Source: a virus
Length of the DNA: 64,000 nucleotides
Virus record (IMG/VR): IMGVR_UViG_3300035185_000025
Span: 1 to 64,000 of that record
Direction: 5' to 3' (one strand)
Shown piece by piece: positions 27,018-36,924 of the stretch. The notes under the pieces were generated by a model, which worked only from the letters and a program-made list of their open reading frames with translations, was not told the DNA's origin and did not search any database. Positions within the stretch are counted from its first letter, which is position 1; each line of letters starts with the position of its first letter. Made by a program: the position numbers and the translations under genes.

Positions 27018-27766
27018 CTACCCCTTCGAGGACGCATCGTTGCGCCGCGAGCAGGCGTCAGCCCAGCGGCACAGATCCTTGATCGGGTGACGGTCGCACT
27101 CGGTCGGCGACCAGCCGCACTCCTGCCCGAGGTAGCTGTACAGATCCGGCAACTGCCCGTCGAACGCGGGCCCGAGGTTGCCCGAGCACGCGATGATCCA
27201 CAGGCACCAGATCCGCTCGGAGAAACGCGCGCGCCTCACCCCCCGACCCATTGCCTTGAGGCGCGCAGCGATTCCCCCTCCTCCTCCGTCGGCATGATCA
27301 TCTCGACGAACAGGCTCGTCACCATGGTCTGCGCCTTCGGGGTGAGCCTGTGCCACCAGGGGCTCACGTCGCTGGTGCTGTCGGCGGGCATCAGCACGGG
27401 CTTGCCGTTGGCGTCGCGCGCGAGCTTCCCGGTCTGCTGATCGAGCACGCCGAGCGCGGCGATGAAGTTCTTGGCGCCGTCGGAGAAGTCGGTGCCGGCC
27501 TTGACGAGCTTGCGGACCTCGCCGCCGTTCGGCTCCCACATGCCGAAGGCCCGGTCTGCGTCGGAGCCGGTCCAGTTCATCGACTGCACGATCGACTCCG
27601 GGAGCTCGAGCGACCAGTAGCCGCGCGTGGGCTTCGGCGGCGCGTCGCGGATCATGCGACCGAGATCGCCGGGGGCTCCGGTCTGGACTTGTTGCTGTTG
27701 CTGGGACGCGGGCGCGGACATGAAGCCGCCCTGGTCCCACATCTGCTTTGGCTGGTGGTCGGACAT
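27018..27766 (-). CDS. tail assembly chaperones gpG (27236..27766) and gpGT via -1 frameshift
   Basis: Slippery G GGG GAA at 27272-27278; -1 frame open to 27018 (GWSPTE motif); upstream of tape measure. Confidence 0.8.
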
Positions 27767-27811
27767 GGCGCGAGGGTAGCACCCGCACGGGTGCGCGAGT
27801 AGAGTGGAGCC

Positions 27812-28180
27812 GTGACCGTCCGAACCCGCATCGCCAGCGACCTCCGCGACTCCGGCGAGATCGAATCCGAGGCCGCGATCCTCGTGACCACGGACAAGGT
27901 GATCGTCGCCGCCAGCGAGGCCGAGGCGTTCAAGCTGTGGATCGCGCTCACGGCCTACCTCGCGGAGAGCCTCAAGCCGTCGCGGCAGTGGCAGGCGCTC
28001 CACGTCGCGCTCGCGCATGGCCTGGCGGCCGAGAACGCCGACGCGCAAGCGCAGGCCCAGCCGGACTACACCAGCGCCTCGACGGTGCTGGAGATGGTCA
28101 AGGAGATCGCGGGCGCCGACGTCTACGCGAAGGTGCGCCAGGGGATCGTTGACCGGATGCTCGGGCGGTCGGGAAGCTGA
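27812..28180 (+). CDS. hypothetical protein
   Basis: class A TAGAGT-N6-GTG. Confidence 0.6.
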   Translation: MTVRTRIASDLRDSGEIESEAAILVTTDKVIVAASEAEAFKLWIALTAYLAESLKPSRQWQALHVALAHGLAAENADAQAQAQPDYTSASTVLEMVKEIAGADVYAKVRQGIVDRMLGRSGS

Positions 28181-28205
28181 CCGGCGCGCAGTCGGTAGAC
28201 CGACC

Positions 28206-28706
28206 ATGTTCAACCTACCGATCGAGGACGGCGCATCAGCCGAACTGTGTGCAGAAGAAGGCCGCGGCCGCATCGTGGTCGAGTGCTCGCGCGCGAAAGA
28301 TTCTCCGCGCTGGTCGCTGCGCTTCGAGGTCGACGAGCGCTACGAGGACGGCGACGGGTCCGAGCTCGTCGAGTGGATCCCGGGCATCCCGATCAGCATG
28401 TGGATCAGTGCGTGGGTGGATCTCTTGCTCCCACTGCGCGACCTCTCCAACGCGACCGTCGCGTCTCTTGTCAGGGCTGTCACCAGCGGCAGCAAGAAGA
28501 TGCCCGTCCATAAGAAGGTGCGCGTCGCCAAGTCGCGGGGCTGGTGGGTTGACCTCGAATGCATCGGCGACCTTCAGAGCGGAGAGCCGATCGTCGTCAT
28601 CGAGTTCAAGCGTCCGCTGGCGGCTGAGGAGATGGTCGCGTTCCTCGGGCAGATGGCGCTGGCGTTCGATGCTTGGCGATCTGAGGGATACGACTTCCTC
28701 GACTGA
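28206..28706 (+). CDS. hypothetical protein
   Basis: class B start MFNLPIE. Confidence 0.65.
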   Translation: MFNLPIEDGASAELCAEEGRGRIVVECSRAKDSPRWSLRFEVDERYEDGDGSELVEWIPGIPISMWISAWVDLLLPLRDLSNATVASLVRAVTSGSKKMPVHKKVRVAKSRGWWVDLECIGDLQSGEPIVVIEFKRPLAAEEMVAFLGQMALAFDAWRSEGYDFLD

Positions 28707-28760
28707 GGATCACCGTCTTCGAGCCGGGAAGCTGACGCCGAGGAGGACAGTAGGCTCTGC

Positions 28761-29042
28761 ATGGCCGATCGACAGACCCAGAAGAACCTAGATCCGATGC
28801 GCGCAGGCGCATGTCTGCTCGCCACGGTCACGGCCATGCGCGAGCACGACGACGTCTCGTGTGCCGAGATGGACCGCCGCATGGGTCGGCCGTCTGGCAC
28901 CTGGGCTCGGCGAGAGCGCAACGATGCCGGGCTCACGCTGTTCGACTTCTTCTCGGCCTGCGTCGCCCTGGATCTCCGCGCGTCGGCGGTCGTCGGGTTT
29001 GCCGAGAACGCGTTCTGCGATGACGAGCACGCCATCGGGTAG
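28761..29042 (+). CDS. XRE-family HTH protein
   Basis: VSCAEMDRRMGRPSGTWARRERN...LTL...ALDL; class B start. Confidence 0.6.
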   Translation: MADRQTQKNLDPMRAGACLLATVTAMREHDDVSCAEMDRRMGRPSGTWARRERNDAGLTLFDFFSACVALDLRASAVVGFAENAFCDDEHAIG

Positions 29043-29051
29043 ACTCGGAGC

Positions 29052-29357
29052 ATGCCCGAGCCGATCCGCATCAGCACCAAGCCCACCGCTGCCCAGGTCG
29101 AGGCGATCAAGTCCGCCGGCACCGGCGCGACCGTCTCGCACCCGAACGTCGCGTTCCCCGGGCGCCGACGACAGCTCGAGCAGGCTCTTGGGCGCGCTGG
29201 CGTCCCGCACAGGCTCGTCCGCACGCTGGGCTGGACCACCAAGGGGCCGGCTCCTGTGGCCGCTCCTGAGACGGCTGAGGCGCAGGTCGACGAGCACGAG
29301 CCTGGCGACACGGTCGTCGACGGCGAGCGGCCGAAGTCCAGCCGGCGCAAGCGCTGA
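29052..29357 (+). CDS. hypothetical protein
   Basis: class A TAGACT-N6-ATG. Confidence 0.6.
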   Translation: MPEPIRISTKPTAAQVEAIKSAGTGATVSHPNVAFPGRRRQLEQALGRAGVPHRLVRTLGWTTKGPAPVAAPETAEAQVDEHEPGDTVVDGERPKSSRRKR

Positions 29358-29398
29358 TCATCGGGAAGCGTCGCGCGTCGCCGGCGGTAGTGTCCTGC

Positions 29399-29692
29399 AT
29401 GGACCGACATGAGATCTACGAGAAGCTCGACGCATCATCTGTCGAGCGCGCTCGACTTCGCATGGACTATCTTCTGGCCCTCGAGCGTGAGTGCGAGGCG
29501 ATTCCATTCCCGTGGAAATGGTTGCGGTCTTCGCCTGCTCTCGTGTGCGCTGCGGTCATGGGAACCGAGGAACGGGAGACGATTACATTGTGCAGCAACG
29601 GTGATTTGGTCGTTCACACCAAGCACATCATTGAGGCCAATGTTCTTGGCGCGCTTCGTAGGCAGCTCGACATCGAACTGTCGAACACGTGA
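29399..29692 (+). CDS. hypothetical protein
   Basis: class B start; locally lower GC. Confidence 0.6.
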   Translation: MDRHEIYEKLDASSVERARLRMDYLLALERECEAIPFPWKWLRSSPALVCAAVMGTEERETITLCSNGDLVVHTKHIIEANVLGALRRQLDIELSNT

Positions 29693-29693
29693 T

Positions 29694-29984
29694 CTACTTG
29701 AGCTTGCGCGTGCGGATCGGAACGATCGCCGGCACCGTCGGCTGCGTCATCACCGGCAGCGATCCGGGCGCGACCTCGCTCGACGGGTAGCCCGAGAGCA
29801 CGGCGCCGCGCGGGGGCGGGAAGTCGGTCCGCGTGTCGCCGATCGGCTCGACGAAGCTGCGCTGCGGCTGGACGCGACGGGCCTGCGGGATCTCGTCGGT
29901 CATGCGGGCAGTCGGCGCGCGTGGGAGCGCTTGCGGGAGCGGGATCGACGTGGATGGATCGTTGGGTTTGAACGGGCCGGCCAT
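29694..29984 (-). CDS. Pro-rich hypothetical protein
   Basis: class A TACACT-N6-ATG. Confidence 0.55.
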   Translation of the reverse strand: MAGPFKPNDPSTSIPLPQALPRAPTARMTDEIPQARRVQPQRSFVEPIGDTRTDFPPPRGAVLSGYPSSEVAPGSLPVMTQPTVPAIVPIRTRKLK

Positions 29985-30004
29985 GCGTCGAGTGTAGCGC
30001 ACGC

Positions 30005-30049
30005 AAAGCCAAGGGCGCGGCCGCGACCCTACCCGCCGCGACCGCGCCC
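30005..30049 (-). terminator. intrinsic terminator-like hairpin after tail tube gene
   Basis: GGGCGCGGTCGCG...CGCGGCCGCGCCC then TTGGCTTT. Confidence 0.6.
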
Positions 30050-30061
30050 CGGGGTCCACCG

Positions 30062-30505
30062 CTACAGGTTGAGGCTCTGCACGACCGAGCAGCTGCCCTC
30101 GAACGACATCGTCACGTACTCGGCGCGCGCGCTGTCGCTGGTCTCGATCGGTCCGAACTGGAAGTCGACCAGCGTGAACAGCCGCGACTGGCCGTTCGGC
30201 GCGGTCAGAACGTAGGCGATGTCGAATCGCGCGGCAGCTCCATCCCGCCGCTGCGCCTTGGCGACGATCTCATCGCGCAGATCGAAGCTATCCACCCGTT
30301 CGATGTGGATCTCGAAGCTCGCGCTCGTGCCCTTGTAGATCGAGTCGTAGCGCGCCTCGGTCTCGCCGAGATACTCCTCCTCGAGAACCTCGAGCTCGTC
30401 GGTCATCGAGAACGACATGATCGCGTTGATCGCCTGGGTGGGCGCGCCGTTCCGCAGGAGACGGATCTCGGTCTCCTGGCCTTTAATTCGAAGTGGTCCT
30501 GCCAT
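30062..30505 (-). CDS. tail tube protein
   Basis: 147 aa directly after the sheath, EEEYLGE motif, AGGAG RBS. Confidence 0.8.
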   Translation of the reverse strand: MAGPLRIKGQETEIRLLRNGAPTQAINAIMSFSMTDELEVLEEEYLGETEARYDSIYKGTSASFEIHIERVDSFDLRDEIVAKAQRRDGAAARFDIAYVLTAPNGQSRLFTLVDFQFGPIETSDSARAEYVTMSFEGSCSVVQSLNL

Positions 30506-30530
30506 GATCTCGGTCTCCTATCAGGGCCGC

Positions 30531-33074
30531 TCAGGCGGCTTCTTGGCTTACGACGACGGTGGGTCCAACGGTGGTCTCGAACACGATCGCCTCGGCGACG
30601 GCGTACATGCGGACCTCGACGACCAAGCGGAGGATGCTCGGCACGGCCGGGTCCGTGGTGTCGGTGACGCTGAATGCTTCGAGCCGACTCGCGCTCGGGT
30701 TGCCGGGCGAGGCGAACAGTTCGAGCGTCCCCTCGACCTGGCTGATCAGATCCCGGCGAAGCTGCGGCGTGATGATCTTGTTGCCGAACGGCACCGCGAT
30801 AATGAACAGCGTGTCGTTGATGAAGTCGGCGAAGGCTCGGCGGTTCGCGGCCGTGCGACCCGGGTTGGTCACGCGGTCGACCGAGGTCACGTCGTCGACC
30901 CAGCCGGCGCCGGCATTCCTGTCGACCTTCGGTGCCGAGATGCCCTCACGCTTGAAGCGCTGATAGTCCCCGACCTTCAGCTTGATCGAGCCCTCGCTCA
31001 ACGGGTTGTAGGCGTCTTCGAGCCCGGCCACGTCGAGCTTGCCGAAGTTGGTGCCGCGCTGATCCTCGGCGGCCGACTGCTCGGGGTTGATGATCGACCG
31101 GATCGCCGCGAGCCAACTGTCGGAGTGGACGTTGACCACGCCGTCGTCAGCGAAGCCGATGCCGCCGACAACCCCGGTCTCGCGGATCTCGGGAACGGCG
31201 GTGAGGAAGCCGGGGAACGGCACCTGCACGCGCTCCTCGCGAAGCGCCACCGCCCAGGCGACCGCGTCGTCGCGGCTCACCCCGATCCGCGGGCTCGAGT
31301 AGCCGGTCCGGCCTGCGCTGCCCGACGCGGTCGCCGTTCGGCAGTTGGCCGCGATCTCGTCGCGGATCACCGAGGAGCTGCGCGCCGAGAAGATCCGGTT
31401 GATCTCGTTGGCTGGAGGCGCGTCGACGACGGTCTCGCGCAGGGCGGTGACGTAGCGGTTGTCGAGCTGCGCCGCGGTCAGGCGCGTGATCGCGGCCGGG
31501 TTGCTGACCGCGAAGCCGCCGGGCAGGTCGGACAAGATCACGGTGACGTCGGTCGCCGAACTCGCCAGCGCGGTGTCGGTGTCGAGGTAGGGCCGGACCT
31601 TCGCGGTGAATGGCCCGCCGCCGGTCCCTGTCGAGACGTCGCTGAGCGTGATCCAGATCGTCGCGGTCGCGGTCGAGTCCTGCACCCGCGTGCCGGCCGG
31701 GATCGTGATGTCGGCCCCCTCGTCGGCGCTGACCACCGTGGTGGTGTCGAAGCCGAGAGCGGTGAGCCAGGTCCCGGAGCTGCCCTTGATCGAGCCGGTG
31801 ACCGGCGTGAGCTCGTTGCACACGCGCAAGGTGCCGTCGCTGTTGATCGCCGCTCCGAGGTTGCCGACGGCGTCGATGATGTCGACGGCCTCCTGCGTGC
31901 TGATCTGCTGGTCATCGCCGACGTTGCCGGTGCCGTAGACCTCGAGCGCGACGCCGGGGACAGTGTTGAGGATCGTCAACTCCGCGCCGCCTTGCAGGGC
32001 CGTGATCGCGGTGAGGATCTGGTTGTCCTCGCCCGTGATCGTGATCGTGTCGATCCCGGTGGCCGCGAAGCCGAAGCCTGGCACGCTCAGTTGCGCGAGT
32101 TGGGGCGGATCCGTGATCGCGTCGCTGAGCAGCTTGTCGCGCTTGAGCGTCACGCTGCCGACGGGCCCGAGGAACGGCGCGGTGTCGTAGTCCGTGGCCA
32201 CGCCGTTGACGATCCGGCTGACCCGGACCTCGGTCGTGATCGCCGTGTCCGCGATGACTTGGATCGTCCACACGTCCTGCACGACGGCCGTGGGCAGGCC
32301 GAGGACCGCGAGCGCAGTGCCTCCGACGATCTGGAACCGTGCCCGCGCGCCGGACCGGACCGAGCGCAGATCCAACTGGCCGCCGTTGTCGGAGGCGATC
32401 GTGGTCGCGACCTTCGCGTTGATCCGGTCGATGACGTTGGCGAGCGTGGTGTCCGTGTCCGTGAACGTGATCGTCTGCGCGTCGGTGGAGAGCATGTCGT
32501 CCCACGCGACGAGCAGCGTCAGGCCGTCGAGCGCTCCTGGGGCGAGCGGGTAGACGACGCCGGACGCGAGGATGTTGGCCTTGGCCGAGACGACCGTCGC
32601 CGTCGCGGTCGTGGGGCCGCCGTTCAGCTCGAAGACCGCCGTGTCGCCGTTGGCTGCCGCGTACGGGCCAGCGTCGCCGTTGAGGCATGCGAGCCGCGAG
32701 AACTCGACCGAGCCCGCGGAGTTGTCGACGCGCATGATCACGAGCCGCCCGAAGGGCTTGTTCACCAAGGCGATGAACCCGTTCCCGTTCCAGGGCTCGG
32801 AGCCGCCGGACTGCTGGGCGACGGGGCCCGCGTGGAGGTTGCCGCCTACCGACCAGCCGAGGCCGCCGAAAGTGCGCTCCCGATCCGTGGGACCGAAGAC
32901 CTCGGTGGGCGTCAAGACCGGCCCGCGCTCGAACTCGCCGACGACGCAGACGGTGCCCGCGCCCGCGCCGAGCACGAGTGCAGGCGGTGCGCGATCGATG
33001 ACCGCAGTCTGTGAGACCGAGAGAAGCTCGGCCTGGCCAGGATCTTGGAGATAGACTCGGCGGAAGGCGACCAC
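30531..33074 (-). CDS. tail sheath protein
   Basis: VVGEFERGPVLTPTEV N-terminus; ANRRAFADFI C-terminus; class A TGATACCCT-N6-GTG. Confidence 0.9.
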   Translation of the reverse strand: MVAFRRVYLQDPGQAELLSVSQTAVIDRAPPALVLGAGAGTVCVVGEFERGPVLTPTEVFGPTDRERTFGGLGWSVGGNLHAGPVAQQSGGSEPWNGNGFIALVNKPFGRLVIMRVDNSAGSVEFSRLACLNGDAGPYAAANGDTAVFELNGGPTTATATVVSAKANILASGVVYPLAPGALDGLTLLVAWDDMLSTDAQTITFTDTDTTLANVIDRINAKVATTIASDNGGQLDLRSVRSGARARFQIVGGTALAVLGLPTAVVQDVWTIQVIADTAITTEVRVSRIVNGVATDYDTAPFLGPVGSVTLKRDKLLSDAITDPPQLAQLSVPGFGFAATGIDTITITGEDNQILTAITALQGGAELTILNTVPGVALEVYGTGNVGDDQQISTQEAVDIIDAVGNLGAAINSDGTLRVCNELTPVTGSIKGSSGTWLTALGFDTTTVVSADEGADITIPAGTRVQDSTATATIWITLSDVSTGTGGGPFTAKVRPYLDTDTALASSATDVTVILSDLPGGFAVSNPAAITRLTAAQLDNRYVTALRETVVDAPPANEINRIFSARSSSVIRDEIAANCRTATASGSAGRTGYSSPRIGVSRDDAVAWAVALREERVQVPFPGFLTAVPEIRETGVVGGIGFADDGVVNVHSDSWLAAIRSIINPEQSAAEDQRGTNFGKLDVAGLEDAYNPLSEGSIKLKVGDYQRFKREGISAPKVDRNAGAGWVDDVTSVDRVTNPGRTAANRRAFADFINDTLFIIAVPFGNKIITPQLRRDLISQVEGTLELFASPGNPSASRLEAFSVTDTTDPAVPSILRLVVEVRMYAVAEAIVFETTVGPTVVVSQEAA

Positions 33075-33086
33075 GAGCAGAGGGTA

Positions 33087-33299
33087 TCAGCCTCGCTGGC
33101 CGCGCGCGAGATCAGGCGTCGGGATCGCCTGGACCTCGGCTCGCATCGCATCCACCTCTGCCACCAGCGCACAGAACATCCTGTGCATGTCTGGATTGAA
33201 GCCCCAGCCAATCCCAGAATTCTGCGCGGACGCGATGGTGCGCGCCTGGTCAAGTTCTGCGGGCGTCATCCGTACGGGAGGATTGATCAACTGGCTCAC
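33087..33299 (-). CDS. hypothetical protein
   Basis: ORF between neck genes and sheath. Confidence 0.45.
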   Translation of the reverse strand: MSQLINPPVRMTPAELDQARTIASAQNSGIGWGFNPDMHRMFCALVAEVDAMRAEVQAIPTPDLARGQRG

Positions 33300-33306
33300 G
33301 CCAGGT

Positions 33307-34182
33307 CTACCCGACCGGGTCCTGCCCGCTTCCCGCGACCGAGACGACCGACGAGATTCCGACCGTATCCACGCGCCCTGGCGACCACACGAGCTCGACG
33401 TGCGGCACCTCGGCGAGCACCGAGACGTCGAGGACCCACTCGTTCCCGCGCGCGCCTTCTTCTGCGTCCGGCCTCGACGTGCTCTGGATCGTGTAGCGGA
33501 TCACGCGCGAGAAGTATTCGGGCAGGATGATCCGCCGGCCGCACTTGTCGTCGTGCCGCTCGGCCGCGAGCAACTGCGCGACCCTGGCCTCGAGACCGCG
33601 GCGCTGATCCTTGTGCGCCGTCCAGAAGATCAGGCGCAGCGGGATGATCTGGTCGTGGCCGAGGTAGCGCAGGAGCGTCTCCGGGTAGAAGCGATCCGCG
33701 GTCTCTTCGAGGATCCGCGCGCCGCGGCCGGATGGCTCGAAGACGGCGTCCTCGACGCTCGTGATCAGGGCCGTCTGCGCCGGCATCGACTCCTGCTCGG
33801 ATCGCGGCCAGTCCAAGAACACCCGCGTGAGCGGGTGGACGCTGACCCGGGCCTGCGGTGCGCCGTCCTTGGCGAGCGCTTCGAGGTCGACGCTGTGCCA
33901 GCGCAGGCCCTCGATCAGACGGTACAGCCCGAGCATGGCCGCGTCGCGGGGCGCGAGCGTCAGGACCGGCGGCCCGTCGAAGGGGAACGACGCCGACCGG
34001 AGCTCGCTCGGGTACCTGCCGATCTGCGTGGCCGAGTTGAGCGTCGCGGTGCCGTCGAGGTTGCGCAGGATCTCGACCTCGTAGACGTTCTCAGGAAGCG
34101 CTCCGCCGGATGGTCGCGGTGGCTGGCCTGCGGTCGGGATGTCGGCGCACAGGCTGTCGGGATCGAACTGGCGATCGTTCAT
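33307..34182 (-). CDS. putative tail terminator/completion protein
   Basis: position upstream of sheath; class A start MNDRQF. Confidence 0.6.
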   Translation of the reverse strand: MNDRQFDPDSLCADIPTAGQPPRPSGGALPENVYEVEILRNLDGTATLNSATQIGRYPSELRSASFPFDGPPVLTLAPRDAAMLGLYRLIEGLRWHSVDLEALAKDGAPQARVSVHPLTRVFLDWPRSEQESMPAQTALITSVEDAVFEPSGRGARILEETADRFYPETLLRYLGHDQIIPLRLIFWTAHKDQRRGLEARVAQLLAAERHDDKCGRRIILPEYFSRVIRYTIQSTSRPDAEEGARGNEWVLDVSVLAEVPHVELVWSPGRVDTVGISSVVSVAGSGQDPVG

Positions 34183-34221
34183 GCGGGAAGCGTACACGCG
34201 GCCACGCGGTAGAGTCAGGTG

Positions 34222-34473
34222 ATGGCCACGAACGAAGACGAGCGCACCGACGTTTTCGACCCCAAGACCGGGATGTTCTACGACTCAGCGGACGGACCGC
34301 CTGACCCGGAGTCGGCTCAGGCCAAGGCGTCACGCAAGCGGCGCGCGCCAGTTCCCAAGCCGGCGATCGCCCCCGTCGACAGCCGCAGCTACAAGTACCC
34401 GGACGTCGCCCGCGTCGGCCCCGTGCGCTCGGGCAGCCTGCGCGAGTTCGAGGACGAGGAGCCGACGTCGTGA
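34222..34473 (+). CDS. hypothetical protein
   Basis: both class B and class A motifs upstream. Confidence 0.6.
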   Translation: MATNEDERTDVFDPKTGMFYDSADGPPDPESAQAKASRKRRAPVPKPAIAPVDSRSYKYPDVARVGPVRSGSLREFEDEEPTS

Positions 34474-34739
34474 GCGCATTGATCCGAGCGCGGGCGCGCT
34501 TGCCGATCCGTCGAGTTGATGATGCCTGCCGATGTGAGCCCGGAGACGATGTCTACATTGAGGCCGACGCTCCGTGCGGGTTGAAGGTCTGGATGCGATC
34601 GCCCGGATGCGTCGGCGGAACGCCTGGCCATGGCTGGGGCTTCGCTAGCATGGTCCCGATCGATGCGATCGCGGCGTACGGTGATCTTCCCGAGCAGACT
34701 CCATTCGGGATCCTTCGACCGATGACGGTGCCGGCGTGA
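34470..34739 (+). CDS. hypothetical protein
   Basis: GTGA coupling. Confidence 0.5.
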   Translation: MSALIRARARLPIRRVDDACRCEPGDDVYIEADAPCGLKVWMRSPGCVGGTPGHGWGFASMVPIDAIAAYGDLPEQTPFGILRPMTVPA

Positions 34740-34764
34740 GCGCCATGGTCTTGTTGTGCGAAGA

Positions 34765-35274
34765 TCACCCCTTCGAGCGCCGCGCCGCCCGGTCGATCGA
34801 GCGCTGCATCTGCAGGCTGATCTCCAGCGGCAGGCGCTTCGCCACGAGCGGCATCGTCCGGCGCAGCACGTAGCGGCCCTTGGTGCCCTTGCGCCCGATC
34901 TTGCGCTGGATCGCTACCGCCACGCGCACCGCCTTCGAGCCCTTGGCGAGCCGCTTGATCCGCACCCACTCGATGATCGACTTGAGAGGCGGCCGCTTGC
35001 CCGGCCGGCGCCCGACCTCGACGAAGATCGAGTGGCGCGCCGTGTTCGTGAGGACCGCGCCGTCCGGCACCTTGATCACGGTGAAGCTGCGCTCGTAGGT
35101 CCCGGTGGCGCGCGGGCGGTATGGCTTCGACTTCGCCGAGACCTTCACGGCCTGCGTCGCGCCGTAGCGAGCGGTCTTGCGGAGGGCTCGGATCACGCCG
35201 GCGTCGAACTGCCTGGCCAGCGTTCGGACGGCCGGCCCGAGTTGCTTCGGGTTGCGCAGCTTGATCGTGGTCAC
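34765..35274 (-). CDS. neck/tail completion protein (HK97 gp10-like)
   Basis: TGTYERSF...HSIFVEVGRRPGKRPP...IGRKGTKGR. Confidence 0.75.
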   Translation of the reverse strand: MTTIKLRNPKQLGPAVRTLARQFDAGVIRALRKTARYGATQAVKVSAKSKPYRPRATGTYERSFTVIKVPDGAVLTNTARHSIFVEVGRRPGKRPPLKSIIEWVRIKRLAKGSKAVRVAVAIQRKIGRKGTKGRYVLRRTMPLVAKRLPLEISLQMQRSIDRAARRSKG

Positions 35275-35312
35275 GCGGGAAGCGTAGCGCGGCTCCGGCG
35301 GTAGGGTCCGGC

Positions 35313-35630
35313 ATGACCAGCAAAGCGAAGTCCAAGAAGATTCTCGTCGCCCGTATCGTCACCGCGATAATTTCGTTTCCCTACGCCGCATGGGTCGCAT
35401 CGCTCATGTGGGGCTGGTTCGTCGTACCATTGGGCGTGAGTCAGATCGGCATGTGGCACGCCGGTGGCCTCGTGCTGTTCATGACGTGGCCTTCTGCGTC
35501 GGCCGCCGTCGCACTGGTCGATCTAGGCCGCAAAGAGGATGAGATCGACGACCTGGCAAAGTCACTTGGCGCCCTGTTCGTGCCGACGATCATGTTGGCG
35601 TTAGGGTACGCATATCGCCTGTTCATGTAG
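35313..35630 (+). CDS. multi-TM membrane protein
   Basis: MWGWFVVPLGV; three hydrophobic segments; class B start. Confidence 0.7.
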   Translation: MTSKAKSKKILVARIVTAIISFPYAAWVASLMWGWFVVPLGVSQIGMWHAGGLVLFMTWPSASAAVALVDLGRKEDEIDDLAKSLGALFVPTIMLALGYAYRLFM

Positions 35631-35631
35631 A

Positions 35632-36315
35632 TCAGGCCAGCAGTACCGCGTCCTCGAACACCTCGTCATCGACGACCACGGTCTGATCGACGAGATCCTC
35701 GCGCCGGTAGCCGGACTGCGTGGTCAGCCGCACGCGCCACTCGTTCGAGTCCAAGCGAAGCACCGGCGCACCGGCGAGTTCGAATCGATACGTCCGCGGC
35801 GTTCGATCTGCCGGACACATGCCGATCGCCTGCACCTCGTAGAAGAACTCGCGCGTCGCCGTGTCGTCGCCCCACGGCTCGCCGTTGCGGTAGCCGCGAA
35901 GCGTCCAGTCGTCGACCTGCAACGGGCTCACCTCGCGCAGGTTGACCACGCCGTCCGGCTTGCGAGCGGCCTGCTCGACGATGAGTTCGACCGCGTCCAG
36001 ATCTCGAAGCTCGACCGGCATCAACTCGAGCGAGGCGTCCTCGGACCAGGTCCCGGAGATGTCGTCCTGCACCTGCCACACGAGCCGCACGCGGTACGGG
36101 CGTTGCCCGATCTTGTGGATGGCCAGGCGCGCGCGGTCGATCGCCTTCTGGCGGCGCAGCGCTGGCGTACACGCGAGCAGGTCGATCGCCGGCGGCGTGT
36201 TGCTCGGCGCGACGGGGAAGTCAGGCCCGCGACCGGGCGGGCAACTCGACGGGCTCGCCGTGGGGACGCAAGAGCAGGGCTTGCGCGAGCATGATCCGCA
36301 GACGGCCATGGCCAC
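35632..36315 (-). CDS. putative head closure/stopper protein
   Basis: synteny between adaptor and neck gene. Confidence 0.55.
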   Translation of the reverse strand: MAMAVCGSCSRKPCSCVPTASPSSCPPGRGPDFPVAPSNTPPAIDLLACTPALRRQKAIDRARLAIHKIGQRPYRVRLVWQVQDDISGTWSEDASLELMPVELRDLDAVELIVEQAARKPDGVVNLREVSPLQVDDWTLRGYRNGEPWGDDTATREFFYEVQAIGMCPADRTPRTYRFELAGAPVLRLDSNEWRVRLTTQSGYRREDLVDQTVVVDDEVFEDAVLLA

Positions 36316-36318
36316 ATG

Positions 36319-36519
36319 CTAGCCGGCTCGACGGACCCAGCGCTCGCCGTCCTTGCGGTAGGACTTCTTCACGGCGGCCCAGGCGATCTTCGCGGCCTTC
36401 GACTCGCTCCCGCCGTCGGACGCGACCGAGTTCCAGGTCTTGCGGTAGATCGTCTGGCCTCCGGCCGGGAGCTTGCGGACAGGCGGCGGAAGCTCGGCGT
36501 TGCGTCGGTACGGCATCAC
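36319..36519 (-). CDS. chaB: ChaB-family protein
   Basis: MPY...ELPPPVRKLP...IYRKTWN...IAWAAVKKSYRK...W. Confidence 0.8.
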   Translation of the reverse strand: MMPYRRNAELPPPVRKLPAGGQTIYRKTWNSVASDGGSESKAAKIAWAAVKKSYRKDGERWVRRAG

Positions 36520-36920
36520 CAGTCCCCTTCGACGACGCGGCCGCGCATGGCCTCTTGGTTCGACACCGGATTGACGAAGGTCCCGAGTTGATCCGCAAGC
36601 CGTAGCTGGTACTTGCGGTAGCGCAGCTCCAGCAACTCGTTCGGCCGCTCGTACTCGAACTTTGTCGAGCCTGACGCGACCACGCCCGACGACATCGTGT
36701 CCATCAACTCGTCGAGCTGCTTCTCGGTGCAGTCCAGCCGATCGATCGTGGCGATGACGTCGGGCTCGGCGATCGGGTCCAGGTTCGCCGCGTTGCTGTC
36801 GAGCAGCAGCTTCGCCTGGGTCACGACCGCCGAGCCCAACGAGAGCGCGGTCGGTGTCGTCAGCTGGGTGTAGCTGAGGTGATACCGAGCGCGCTGGATC
36901 GTCCGCTGGGACAGGGCCAT
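36516..36920 (-). CDS. putative head-tail adaptor
   Basis: helical 134 aa, RARYHLSY; synteny. Confidence 0.6.
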   Translation of the reverse strand: MALSQRTIQRARYHLSYTQLTTPTALSLGSAVVTQAKLLLDSNAANLDPIAEPDVIATIDRLDCTEKQLDELMDTMSSGVVASGSTKFEYERPNELLELRYRKYQLRLADQLGTFVNPVSNQEAMRGRVVEGDW

Positions 36921-36924
36921 GGGA

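Noticed and set aside
30417-33014. Long antisense or alternate-frame ORFs (e.g. 865 aa plus-strand, 25761..27440, 10673..12118)
   Set aside because: Shadow ORFs expected in high-GC DNA. They are Arg/Pro-rich, lack promoter motifs and lie opposite well-supported genes.
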